Assembly: GCF_009831105.1 (NCBI RefSeq)
Contig: NZ_WUUQ01000003.1
Location: 90,001-122,000 of the forward strand
Length of the DNA stretch: 32,000 bases
Reading direction: 5' to 3'
From: Copranaerobaculum intestinale
GTDB lineage: Bacteria > Bacillota_I > Bacilli_A > Erysipelotrichales > Erysipelotrichaceae
This document shows, piece after piece, positions 8,569 to 17,141 of the stretch. Numbering within the stretch: position 1 is the stretch's first letter; the number at the start of each line of letters is the position of its first letter. The position numbers were made by a program, and so were the translations under genes. Below the pieces are notes generated by a model, which was not told the DNA's origin, did not search any database, and saw nothing but the letters and a program-made list of their open reading frames with translations.

Positions 8569-9003
8569 ATGAAGAATAAAAATTGGAATCAGCTGCTTGT
8601 AAGTGCCCTTGGAATCTCCTTTCTCTTATATGCCGCCTTTGAGTGCTATGGTCTGTATCAGGTCTATGCTGAAATTTCCTTTCTGCTGGACAGCTGGGCT
8701 TCGCCAATTACATATTATCTAGCCGGAATACTGGTTCGAACACTGTTTACCGGAGTTATCCTATATGGCTTACGGCGCGAAAGAAAATGGGGCCGCTATG
8801 CTCTGTATGGCTTTACAATACTGTTTTTGGCAAATGGAGCGATGACCTTCGGTGTGATTCATACGACTATGCGCGCAATCAGCAGCGGTTTTCAGTTTGC
8901 TTATTATTTCTTAATTTTGTTTTATGTCATGCTTGTGATCACCAGTCTAATGTATCTGCTTCATCCTGCTTTGAAGGAACATGGGGAGCCTCGGCATGAA
9001 TAA
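8569..9003 (+). CDS. hypothetical small membrane protein (144 aa, about 4 TM segments)
   Basis: ATG 8569 is 1 nt after the upstream stop, with the SD AAAGGAG 6 nt upstream. The ORF-track start at 8545 has no SD. Confidence 0.6.
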   Translation: MKNKNWNQLLVSALGISFLLYAAFECYGLYQVYAEISFLLDSWASPITYYLAGILVRTLFTGVILYGLRRERKWGRYALYGFTILFLANGAMTFGVIHTTMRAISSGFQFAYYFLILFYVMLVITSLMYLLHPALKEHGEPRHE

Positions 9004-10228
9004 TAACCTGCGTGCTCGCTTTATGGCGATGACCGCAGATTTGAAAACGGATTGGGAGGCTTGTTCAAAAGACATACCGAGAATGTCCTCAATAAGTGAG
9101 GAGCAACGGCTGAAACAGGAAATGCTGATGGATCAAGGCCTTCAGAAAGTCTATCAGTTTTTAAATCAATATCATAAAATACCTCGCCGAAGCTGGCAAA
9201 AGCAGCGGAACAAACTCATACAGTTACTGTTAGATAACGATACACTCTTGGTTACATCACATATGGATCATCAGATCAAGAATCAGCTTTTGCAGGTCAG
9301 CATAGCCTTTATCCGAGCAGCCAGAGAATTTGATCCGTTACTGTCGCTTTCCGATATTGGTCAGGCAATGCGCAACGTTTGGATCTGTGCGGTGCTGCAG
9401 CTGCTGTTTTGTAAGGAAGTACGTTATTCAAAAGCGATCTTTGGTTATAGTATGCTGTATCCTTATACCGATAATCTGCTGGATGATGAAATGCTTACGC
9501 AAGCTGATAAGCAAAGCTTTAATCGACATTTTTACGCACGCTTAAAAGGAGAAAAAATCTGTGCTGTTAACGAATATGAACAAAAGGTGTTCAGACTTAT
9601 TAGTGCGATTGAAAGTGTATATGATCGCAATCGATATCCGGTTGTGTATGAAAGCCTGTATTTGATTATGGAAGGGCAAATTCAAAGCTTGACTCAGCAA
9701 ACGGATTCCATGTCTCAATCAGAGCTGCTCCGTATCAGCATCGAAAAGGGTGCGGCCAGCGTGGTTGCAGACGGATATTTGGTTTGCGGCGATATGGATC
9801 AGAAGCAGCTGCGCTTTTGTATGCAGTATGGATTTATGCTTCAGTTAGGTGATGATCTTCAGGATATTGAAGAGGATCATCAACACCATCATCAAACCCT
9901 TTACTCTATGTTGGATGAGAATGTACTGCTGGATCAGCCGATCTGTCAGCTGCTTTCCTATACGGAACAGCTGATGAATGATGTAACTTGTGATGCAGGA
10001 ACAAAAACCATGGTCATCGACAACTGTATGCTGCTGATCTATCTGTCGGTTCTCTCTAAACCGCATCGCTTTTCTTCGGCGTTCATTAAGCGATGTGAAC
10101 AGGCGATGCCACTTCACTATGCGTATTTACAGAAAATCGGTCATGTTTGGTCAAACAGTGAACTAGGAAAGCGTGCCTCACAGGATGAATCCTATTTAAA
10201 GGAGCTATTGGATGCAGTTTTAGAATAA
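8996..10228 (+). CDS. hypothetical soluble protein (410 aa) with two Asp-rich motifs resembling class I isoprenoid-synthase (squalene/phytoene-synthase-like) metal sites
   Basis: ATG 8996 has the SD GGGGAG 7 nt upstream and overlaps the upstream gene by 8 nt. Motifs are YPYTDNLLDDE (nt 9470-9490) and GFMLQLGDDLQDIEED (motif core nt 9851-9877), followed by HQHHHQ. Confidence 0.6.
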   Translation: MNNNLRARFMAMTADLKTDWEACSKDIPRMSSISEEQRLKQEMLMDQGLQKVYQFLNQYHKIPRRSWQKQRNKLIQLLLDNDTLLVTSHMDHQIKNQLLQVSIAFIRAAREFDPLLSLSDIGQAMRNVWICAVLQLLFCKEVRYSKAIFGYSMLYPYTDNLLDDEMLTQADKQSFNRHFYARLKGEKICAVNEYEQKVFRLISAIESVYDRNRYPVVYESLYLIMEGQIQSLTQQTDSMSQSELLRISIEKGAASVVADGYLVCGDMDQKQLRFCMQYGFMLQLGDDLQDIEEDHQHHHQTLYSMLDENVLLDQPICQLLSYTEQLMNDVTCDAGTKTMVIDNCMLLIYLSVLSKPHRFSSAFIKRCEQAMPLHYAYLQKIGHVWSNSELGKRASQDESYLKELLDAVLE

Positions 10229-10260
10229 TATAAGCATAATCTTCATACATATCAAATACA

Positions 10261-10301
10261 AAAAGACCGGTCTTCACATTATGCAAAAATCGGTCTTTTT
10301 T
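10261..10301. terminator. bidirectional terminator between convergent genes
   Basis: AAAAGACCG / CGGTCTTTT (9 bp, 21-nt loop) has T-runs on both strands. Confidence 0.55.
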
Positions 10302-10340
10302 ATATGCTTTGCTTATTGTTTACATGCTTGAAAAATGCAG

Positions 10341-11300
10341 TTAATTGCTGAATGATTGTTTTGAATCTTTTTGTATCCACCCAATTAAACCGGCTAACGC
10401 TGCGCCCAGAATTACTGTAACGATCAGTCCGCCTTCTGTTCCAAACGCTCCGCCGTTTAAGAACCATAAATCCTTATTAGCGGTAAAGTGGAAAATGCTG
10501 CTGGCAACATCATTTCCACTAACCGAAATGCCGAATACAGACCCTTGCATGAAATTCCACATGGTATGCAGCGCACAAGCGCCCCATAAATTTTTGGTTT
10601 TTAATACATACAGAGACATAAATGTACCGAATAACAGAAGATTGATGAAGGAAATCGGACCAATATTGGGGTTGCCGAGATGCAGCAGTGCAAAGATCAC
10701 CGTATTTACTACTACGCCAATGATCACTTTGTTCGTACGTGCCGCAATGGAGGTCATGAGAAATCCTCTCAGCATGATCTCCTCACTTGCTCCCTGAATC
10801 ATATACGCTATGAAAGTAAGCAGAACCACCGGCAGAACCGACCAAGATATACTGGCAAATGTCAGTGATCCGGTTACCGAAAGCAACGCCACCACCACAA
10901 TCATCAAAGCAGCTCCGATACCTAATCCGATTAAATATTGAGATACCGCATGTTTGCGGGTGAAACCCATTGATGTAAAATACCGTTTTTCATAATAGCG
11001 GCAGAATAACAAAAATCCCGCAATAACAGCCGCTGTAATCATTAACGATACGATATTTATCTCATCCGCTGACAGCAGGGACAGCATATTGAAGTCCTCT
11101 GACAGCAGCGTAGAATCCGGAAGTCCGGAACTTGATGCAACCAATGCAACATAGATGAATAGAAATAATGAGCCGATTAGCGAACACACCAGATAGATCA
11201 AGATACAGAATATGATCAACATAAATATATTCGGTTTGCGCTTGGCTTTTTTTGCTTCTTCAATCATCGGGAAAGGCTGTTTAAAAAATTCTGAAAGCAT
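10341..11300 (-). CDS. CPBP family intramembrane glutamic endopeptidase (CAAX protease/Abi type)
   Basis: The start MLSEFFKQ has the SD AAAGGAG. CPBP motifs are EEIMLRGFL, FALLHLGN and ALHTMWNF, and the protein is multi-TM. The ORF-track start at 11363 has no SD. Confidence 0.85.
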   Translation of the reverse strand: MLSEFFKQPFPMIEEAKKAKRKPNIFMLIIFCILIYLVCSLIGSLFLFIYVALVASSSGLPDSTLLSEDFNMLSLLSADEINIVSLMITAAVIAGFLLFCRYYEKRYFTSMGFTRKHAVSQYLIGLGIGAALMIVVVALLSVTGSLTFASISWSVLPVVLLTFIAYMIQGASEEIMLRGFLMTSIAARTNKVIIGVVVNTVIFALLHLGNPNIGPISFINLLLFGTFMSLYVLKTKNLWGACALHTMWNFMQGSVFGISVSGNDVASSIFHFTANKDLWFLNGGAFGTEGGLIVTVILGAALAGLIGWIQKDSKQSFSN

Positions 11301-11778
11301 ATTCTCGCTCCTTTTATGGTAAATGTATGGGTATGAAGCCCTATGTACTATTATAACGCACAAGCTTTGTAAACGAAATGATTTTATGAAGAATTATAGA
11401 GCGTACAAATTACATCTCAATTAGGTAATGATGTGTTCCTGTTGTATGTGAAACAGCTATGATCAAAACTTGTATCAAACGGCTGGTTTTACTGTGACAT
11501 AGAATTTATATAAATATCCAAGCGAAATTCGAGATTCCGCAGATTTCCGCATTCATTAAGGCTGATTTTGATAATTTCTATCAGGATTAATACAGGATGA
11601 ATGAGATTATATCATCACCGAGCTGCATAGCTGAAAACATCCATCAGAAGCATCTGCTGATTTTGAATGAATAGACTAAAGTAAAATGACGGAAATAAAT
11701 TACAATTACCGTCAAAAGGAATGATCTATTTTAGATAACAGATCGATTTGAAAATATTTAAAGTATTCGAAACAATTC

Positions 11779-11805
11779 TTGCATATGACGAAAATATGAT
11801 ATACT
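11779..11805 (+). promoter_or_regulatory. candidate sigma-A promoter for deoC
   Basis: TTGCAT, a 15-nt spacer and TGaTATACT (extended -10). The spacer is shorter than optimal. Confidence 0.45.
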
Positions 11806-11832
11806 TAGAAATAGATAAACAGGAGGCATTTT

Positions 11833-12495
11833 ATGAGACTTGAAAAATATATCGATCATACGCTGTTGAAGCCTGAATCCACGCAGGATCAGATTTTAAA
11901 GCTCTGTGAAGAAGCAAAAGAATATGACTTTGCTTCCGTATGTGTCAATCCTTATTGGGTGAAGACATGTGCAGAGGCATTGCGCGGAACCGAGGTAAAG
12001 GTGTGCACGGTCATTGGCTTTCCGTTAGGAGCAGCCACTTCTGCGGTGAAAGCATTCGAAACTAAGGATGCGATCGCGAATGGCGCTGAGGAAGTGGATA
12101 TGGTCTTAAACATCGGTGAGATGAAAGCAGGACATTATGATGCTGTACAAAAGGATGTCGAGGCGGTAGTTGAAGCGGCAAAGGGTGTCTGTGTCAAGGT
12201 AATTCTGGAAAACTGTCTGTTAACAAAGGAAGAGATCGTAAAAGCGTGTGAATTGTGCGCGGCAGCGAAAGCGACCTTTGTGAAAACATCAACCGGCTTT
12301 TCTACATCGGGAGCTAATCCGGAAGATGTAAAGCGGATGAAGGAAGCGGTAAAGGGGCATTGCCTGGTGAAAGCAGCCGGTGGGGTTCGTACATATGAAG
12401 ATATGGAAAAGATGATAGAAGCAGGAGCTGACCGTATTGGTACCAGTGCCGGGGTAAAGCTCATGAACCGTGAGGAGTCAGAAGGAACCTATTAA
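11833..12495 (+). CDS. deoC: deoxyribose-phosphate aldolase
   Basis: The SD AGGAGG lies 6 nt upstream. Motifs are [35 protein letters not shown] and the Schiff-base region FVKTSTGF. Confidence 0.92.
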   Translation: MRLEKYIDHTLLKPESTQDQILKLCEEAKEYDFASVCVNPYWVKTCAEALRGTEVKVCTVIGFPLGAATSAVKAFETKDAIANGAEEVDMVLNIGEMKAGHYDAVQKDVEAVVEAAKGVCVKVILENCLLTKEEIVKACELCAAAKATFVKTSTGFSTSGANPEDVKRMKEAVKGHCLVKAAGGVRTYEDMEKMIEAGADRIGTSAGVKLMNREESEGTY

Positions 12496-12501
12496 ACAGT
12501 T

Positions 12502-12530
12502 AGTCCATTCCAGAGGGATGGACTTTTTTC
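12502..12530 (+). terminator. rho-independent terminator after deoC
   Basis: The stem AGTCCATTC / GGGATGGACT (about 9 bp) is followed by TTTTTT. Confidence 0.75.
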
Positions 12531-12608
12531 AATCTAAAATTTCTCCTACTTTTTTCATGAAAAGATATTGAATAAAAAAAGAGTTTATGATAGTATAATT
12601 AAGCACTT

Positions 12609-12684
12609 GCCTAAATAGCTCAGTTGGTAGAGCATTCGGCTGTTAACCGACAGGTCACAGGTTCGAGTCCTGTTTTAGGCGCCA
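12609..12684 (+). tRNA. tRNA-Asn (anticodon GTT), encoded CCA
   Basis: The acceptor is GCCTAAA/TTTAGGC, the anticodon loop CTGTTAA and the T arm ACAGG TTCGAGT CCTGT. A TATAAT box lies at 12594-12599 just upstream. Confidence 0.9.
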
Positions 12685-12695
12685 TTTATTGAAGC

Positions 12696-12720
12696 AAGCC
12701 CGTTCAGCGGGCTTTTTTCT
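12696..12720 (+). terminator. rho-independent terminator after tRNA-Asn
   Basis: AAGCCCG / CGGGCTT is followed by TTTTTCT. Confidence 0.8.
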
Positions 12721-12870
12721 TATTATTTAAAACCAATTAAATAGCGATAAGGTATTGCAGGCAGGGGAATGCATGATGTACTTCGCAAAATGACAAACCA
12801 AATAAGATGATGTATGATTTTAGCGCAGTAACAACGGAAGTGCAGTCACCTATCTTTATTGTTTACACAA

Positions 12871-12879
12871 TGGTATAAT
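12871..12879 (+). promoter_or_regulatory. extended -10 promoter element (TGgTATAAT)
   Basis: TGGTATAAT lies 32 nt upstream of ATG 12912. The SD AGGGAG lies between them. Confidence 0.55.
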
Positions 12880-12911
12880 CAAGAAAGCTAAAGACGCAGG
12901 GAGCGAACAAT

Positions 12912-14213
12912 ATGTATGAGAAAATAAACGATGCCTATTATGATTCCTTAGTAAACGGATATAATGAAAAATGGATTCAGGATCGATATGAAAATTTGCG
13001 CTGCCACTCGCATGAATCGAAGTATATGCTGATCGCCATGAATATAAAAAGCTTCCGGCTTTTTAATATTTTATATGGCCGTAAGGCAGGAAATGAAATA
13101 CTGAAAACAGTCTATCAGGCAGTTGCTGAATACCTGGATAAGGACGAATGGATTGGCCATGTCTATGCCGATTCGTTCCTGCTGCTGATGAAATATAGTA
13201 ATTTGCAGGAATTCGAAAACGATCGGATCGAGGAATTGACGGATATAATTTATCGGATCAAACGTGATCCGCGCATTTATCGTAATATTTTCGCATCTTA
13301 TGGTATTTACGCTTTGGACTATGAGGATTCTAGCTTTGATGAAGCAGTGGAATGTGCGAATCTGTGCCGGATATCCTGTGAGGGTCTGCATCGGCGAAGC
13401 TTTAGCTATGAAGTGTATGATCAGCATTTTCTGAAAGATTATCAAGCTCGCTGTGATCTGGAGATCCGCACCGCTGAGGCCTATAAGAATTATGAATTTA
13501 TTTCGTTTTTACAGCCGAAGGTAGATGCGCATACACATCAAATTGTCGGTGCGGAGGCTCTGGTGCGATGGTATGGTCAAGACGGAAAGCTGGTGCCGGT
13601 CGCTGATTTTTTACCGATCCTGAATGAGAATGCCTATATCGTATTAGTCGACATGGATGTATTTGATTTGGTGTGCCGTATGCTGGATGGACGAATTAAA
13701 GCGAATAAGCCGGTTGTACCGATCAGCTTTAATTTATCAAAGCCGCACTTCTATGATTCAAATCTGATCAAGGATTATACGGATATTTTGGATAAATATC
13801 AAATCCCTCGTGATTTGATCGTTTTCGAATTGATGGAGACGATCACACTGGACGATACCGCTAAGATGAAGGAAGTTGTCGCTCAACTGAGAAGTGCCGG
13901 ATTCAGCTGTTCACTCGATGATTTTGGAAACGGCTATTCTTCCTTTACAGTTTTATTAAATGCTAATCTGGATAGTGTCAAGCTGGATCGGCAGTTTTTC
14001 GTTCCGAATCTGAATGGTGACAGTAAGCTGATTATACAAACGGTGGTTCGGCTAATCAAATCATTGGGCATGAAGGTCATTGCAGAGGGTGTGGAAACGA
14101 AGGAGCATGCAGATTTTCTGGATGCTTGCGGCTGTGATCAAATTCAGGGATTTTATTTCTATAAACCAATGCCGATCGGCGAATTTGAAGCATTGCTTGA
14201 TGAAAACTCTTAA
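12912..14213 (+). CDS. cytoplasmic EAL-domain c-di-GMP phosphodiesterase with degenerate GGDEF-like N-terminal domain
   Basis: EAL landmarks are EALVRW, FELMET, LDDFGNGYSS, KLDRQF, EGVET and IQGFYFYKP. The N-terminal half resembles a GGDEF domain, but the active-site position reads YADSF. No TM segments. Confidence 0.85.
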   Translation: MYEKINDAYYDSLVNGYNEKWIQDRYENLRCHSHESKYMLIAMNIKSFRLFNILYGRKAGNEILKTVYQAVAEYLDKDEWIGHVYADSFLLLMKYSNLQEFENDRIEELTDIIYRIKRDPRIYRNIFASYGIYALDYEDSSFDEAVECANLCRISCEGLHRRSFSYEVYDQHFLKDYQARCDLEIRTAEAYKNYEFISFLQPKVDAHTHQIVGAEALVRWYGQDGKLVPVADFLPILNENAYIVLVDMDVFDLVCRMLDGRIKANKPVVPISFNLSKPHFYDSNLIKDYTDILDKYQIPRDLIVFELMETITLDDTAKMKEVVAQLRSAGFSCSLDDFGNGYSSFTVLLNANLDSVKLDRQFFVPNLNGDSKLIIQTVVRLIKSLGMKVIAEGVETKEHADFLDACGCDQIQGFYFYKPMPIGEFEALLDENS

Positions 14214-14217
14214 AAGC

Positions 14218-14246
14218 TTTACAAATATCATATAATCTGCTAAAAT
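14218..14246 (+). promoter_or_regulatory. sigma-A promoter
   Basis: TTTACA, a 17-nt spacer and TAAAAT. Confidence 0.55.
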
Positions 14247-14286
14247 GTGAATCAATTTATAATACAAAAAGGAGTTGTTTAAATTT

Positions 14287-15624
14287 ATGGATGCTGGCCC
14301 CAGTCAGACTTCAATCATATTTCAATTTATTTTGATCGCTGTTTTGATAATGATCAATGCATATTTTGCGGCAAGTGAAATGGCGATCGTTTCCGTCAAT
14401 AAGACGAAGATCCATCACTTAAGTGAAGAGGGTAATAAGAAAGCAAAACTTGTAGAGCGTTTGTTGCAGGAGCCTACGAGCTTTTTGTCGACAATTCAGG
14501 TAGCGATTACGCTGGCTGGTTTTTTTAACTCGGCAAGTGCTGCGACCGGTATTTCCATTCAGTTAGGTGCCATGCTGAAAAGCTGGGGCATTCCATTTGG
14601 TGAATCGGTAGCGATGGTTGTCGTTACGATATTGTTATCCTTTATCACGCTGATTCTCGGAGAGCTTGTGCCGAAGCGAATTGCCCTTCAAAAAGCTGAG
14701 GGAATCGCTATGGCGGTTGCCGGTCCGATTGTATTTATCAGTAAGGTCGTATCACCCTTTATCAAGCTGCTGTCCTGGTCAACGGCATTTGTGCTGCGCT
14801 TAATCGGCATCAAGGATGAAAATATTGAGGAATCCTTATCGCGTGAGGAGATTCGTTCCATGGTGATCTCCGGTCAGGAAAAGGGCGTTTTCAATGAGAC
14901 AGAAACGGAAATGATCAATAGTATTTTTGAATTTGACGATACGCAGGCAGAAGCGGTCATGACACCGCGAACGGAAGTGTTCTGTATCGATATTGATGAT
15001 CCGCTTACTGATTATATGGATGAATTAATGGAAATGCATTATACCCGTATTCCGGTTTATCAGGATTCCATCGATCATATCATCGGTATTCTGCATATGA
15101 AGGACTTCACGGTTCAGGCTCGCGAAAATGGGTTTGATCATGTTGATATCCGTAAAATTCTGCGTAAACCATACTTCGCGCTGGAAAGTAAAAAAGTCGA
15201 TGAGCTCTTTATCTCTTTGCAGCGGGAACATCAGCATATTGCGATTTTGGTGGATGAGTACGGAGGCTTTTCCGGTATTGTAACGCTGGAGGATTTGATT
15301 GAAGAAATCGTTGGTGAGATAGCCGATGAATACGATGATGGTGAAGATCCCCAGATTAAGCGAATAGATGAGAATACGTATATTCTGGATGGTTCGATGA
15401 TGATTGATGATATTGATGAAGAGCTGCATCTCCAGATTCCGCTGGACGATCTGGATACGATCGGCGGCTTCTTGATTGATCAATTGGGTGAAATGCCGGA
15501 AGAGGGTGAGGAAAAACTCGTAGAATGGGATAATCTAACCTTCAAGATCGAAGAATTCAAGGATAAGCGAGTGGGCCGTATCAAATTATATATATCACCG
15601 CAAACAAAAGAAACAGCAGATTAA
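14287..15624 (+). CDS. hemolysin-family/CNNM protein (DUF21 membrane domain, CBS pair, CorC_HlyC domain)
   Basis: Landmarks are the N-terminal TM domain with SEMAIVS, ELVPKRIA, a CBS region (MTPRTEV...IPVY...ILHMKD) and the C-terminal transporter-associated domain. ATG 14287 is 12 nt after GGAG. The alternative TTG at 14275 abuts the SD. Confidence 0.85.
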   Translation: MDAGPSQTSIIFQFILIAVLIMINAYFAASEMAIVSVNKTKIHHLSEEGNKKAKLVERLLQEPTSFLSTIQVAITLAGFFNSASAATGISIQLGAMLKSWGIPFGESVAMVVVTILLSFITLILGELVPKRIALQKAEGIAMAVAGPIVFISKVVSPFIKLLSWSTAFVLRLIGIKDENIEESLSREEIRSMVISGQEKGVFNETETEMINSIFEFDDTQAEAVMTPRTEVFCIDIDDPLTDYMDELMEMHYTRIPVYQDSIDHIIGILHMKDFTVQARENGFDHVDIRKILRKPYFALESKKVDELFISLQREHQHIAILVDEYGGFSGIVTLEDLIEEIVGEIADEYDDGEDPQIKRIDENTYILDGSMMIDDIDEELHLQIPLDDLDTIGGFLIDQLGEMPEEGEEKLVEWDNLTFKIEEFKDKRVGRIKLYISPQTKETAD

Positions 15625-15638
15625 TCCGCTGTTTTTTT
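15611..15638. terminator. bidirectional terminator shared by convergent genes
   Basis: AAACAGC / GCTGTTT has T-runs on both strands. It overlaps the stop codons of both flanking genes, whose gap is 12 nt. Confidence 0.5.
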
Positions 15639-16212
15639 AGTTGAGACAAGGTAAATCAAAGAAACGCAGCAGTCCGATATAGATCGCATAAGCAAAACCG
15701 AATTTATCATCTCGAAGCAGCTGTGCGTCAGCGGTATTTGTCAGATATCCAAGCTCTACCAGAATGGCTGGCATCGCTGTCGCGCGCAGCACGTACAGAG
15801 CAGGATTGACGCGGACGAAGTTATCGCGGGTACCGACATACTGTACGATACTGTCCAGCACATCCTCTCCCAGATAGAATGCATCACTGTCACGCCGGTA
15901 CACATAAACTTCGGAACCGTTGACATTTGGATTAACATTGTAATTTGCGTGGATACTAATGAAGTAGTCGGCCGGCCATTGATTTGCCATTGTCACCCGC
16001 TGCTGCAAACTGGTTGTTGCGGATGTGCCGATGACCTCGTTTGGATCATTGCGGGACAGCCGTACTTCAAAGCGAGGATCGAATCGTAAAAATTTAGCCA
16101 GCAGAAAACCGGTCCAGTAGGTTACATCCTGTTCTTCAAGACCATTTGCTTCAGCACCGGCGTTGATCGTACCGGGATTGTGTCCCTGATCGATAAATAT
16201 GCGTATTGCCAT
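15637..16212 (-). CDS. N-acetylmuramoyl-L-alanine amidase (Amidase_3 catalytic domain only)
   Basis: MAIRIFIDQGHNPG..., SIHANY and ILVELGYLTN. No signal peptide or wall-binding repeats are visible. The start is taken at MAIRIF (16212). Confidence 0.8.
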   Translation of the reverse strand: MAIRIFIDQGHNPGTINAGAEANGLEEQDVTYWTGFLLAKFLRFDPRFEVRLSRNDPNEVIGTSATTSLQQRVTMANQWPADYFISIHANYNVNPNVNGSEVYVYRRDSDAFYLGEDVLDSIVQYVGTRDNFVRVNPALYVLRATAMPAILVELGYLTNTADAQLLRDDKFGFAYAIYIGLLRFFDLPCLN

Positions 16213-16331
16213 AATGTTATCACCCAGGAATAGTCTATGCACTTGGAATGGGATGGAATGGGTATTTGACAGCCATTATTAAATCTTTAGAAAAATTTAC
16301 ATATATGATTATTTCTATAAGTAAAACGTTA

Positions 16332-16340
16332 TGATAAAAT
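16332..16340 (+). promoter_or_regulatory. extended -10 promoter element (TGaTAAAAT) for the O-acylation cluster
   Basis: TGATAAAAT lies 36 nt upstream of ATG 16377. Confidence 0.5.
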
Positions 16341-16376
16341 ATATGTGATATAACGGAATATGAATCGAGGAAAAAG

Positions 16377-17141
16377 ATGAAGAAAGTATATAAAAAGGCT
16401 CTGATTATTTGCTGTACAGTGATGCTATTAAGCGGCTGCCAAAATAGCGGCGATCAGAAAAAGGAGAAGCTGCTGAAAACCGGGCGGGCAAAATTGGCGG
16501 CTCTTTCTACCCAGAATCTGGATACGGTCAGCCAGGCGGTTAATGCTCAGCAGGCGGAATTGAAGCGGCTGCGCCGCAAAGCCGAGGAAGCGAAAAATCC
16601 CAATCAGCCCCGCAACTATGTAGATGTATTTTCTAATTCGGTAATTATGGGCGATTCGATTGCAGCCGGACTTGTGGACTATCAATTGTTGACCAACATT
16701 CAGGTGATTGCCTCACGAGGACGCAATGTAGATACGATTGATGAGGATATTCAAAAAGTGATCAATTTGGCGCCTTCTTATATTTTCATGGAATACGGTA
16801 TGAATGATTTACAATACTTTCGTCAGAATACTCCGTTGTTTATCTCAGAATATACTGCGGCAATTCAAAAACTGAAAACCGCGCTTCCCAATACAAAAAT
16901 CTATGTCAATGCGATATTGCCAATTATGCAGAATGCTATTAATCGAGTACCGGAAAATGCCGGTTGGCCGAATTTTAATGCGGCTCTGAAGCAGATGTGT
17001 ACGGATCTTGGGGTCACTTATATTGATAATGCATCGATCCTAACAGAAAACGGGATTGGCTATAATCCTGACGGCATTCATCCGTTATTTGCATATTTCC
17101 CATTATGGCTGGATCATATGGCGGAGGTGGCTGGGCTATGA
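16377..17141 (+). CDS. SGNH/GDSL-family hydrolase lipoprotein
   Basis: Features are the lipobox LLSGC, block I VIMGDSIAAG, block III GMND and block V DGIHP. Confidence 0.8.
   Translation: MKKVYKKALIICCTVMLLSGCQNSGDQKKEKLLKTGRAKLAALSTQNLDTVSQAVNAQQAELKRLRRKAEEAKNPNQPRNYVDVFSNSVIMGDSIAAGLVDYQLLTNIQVIASRGRNVDTIDEDIQKVINLAPSYIFMEYGMNDLQYFRQNTPLFISEYTAAIQKLKTALPNTKIYVNAILPIMQNAINRVPENAGWPNFNAALKQMCTDLGVTYIDNASILTENGIGYNPDGIHPLFAYFPLWLDHMAEVAGL

Noticed and set aside
8034-8570. 178-aa minus-strand ORF, and similar antisense ORFs (4496-4834 on the plus strand, 3101-3478, 12135-12464, 13071-13445, 15025-15483, 17516-17995, 21289-21678, 22306-22599, 29651-30022, 30787-31041 and others)
   Set aside because: Each lies fully antisense to a gene with clear family motifs, lacks an SD and has no recognisable domains. 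They are typical shadow ORFs.
6440-10330. tRNA-adjacent genomic island or integrated element
   Set aside because: I saw no integrase, recombinase or phage gene, and no direct repeat of the tRNA-Ala 3' end downstream. The region may still be accessory, but a mobile-element call is unsupported.
11593-11670. 25-codon ORF MNEIISSPSCIAENIHQKHLLILNE in the long deoC upstream region
   Set aside because: It has no usable SD (only ACAGG) and no promoter or terminator framing, so it is probably chance.
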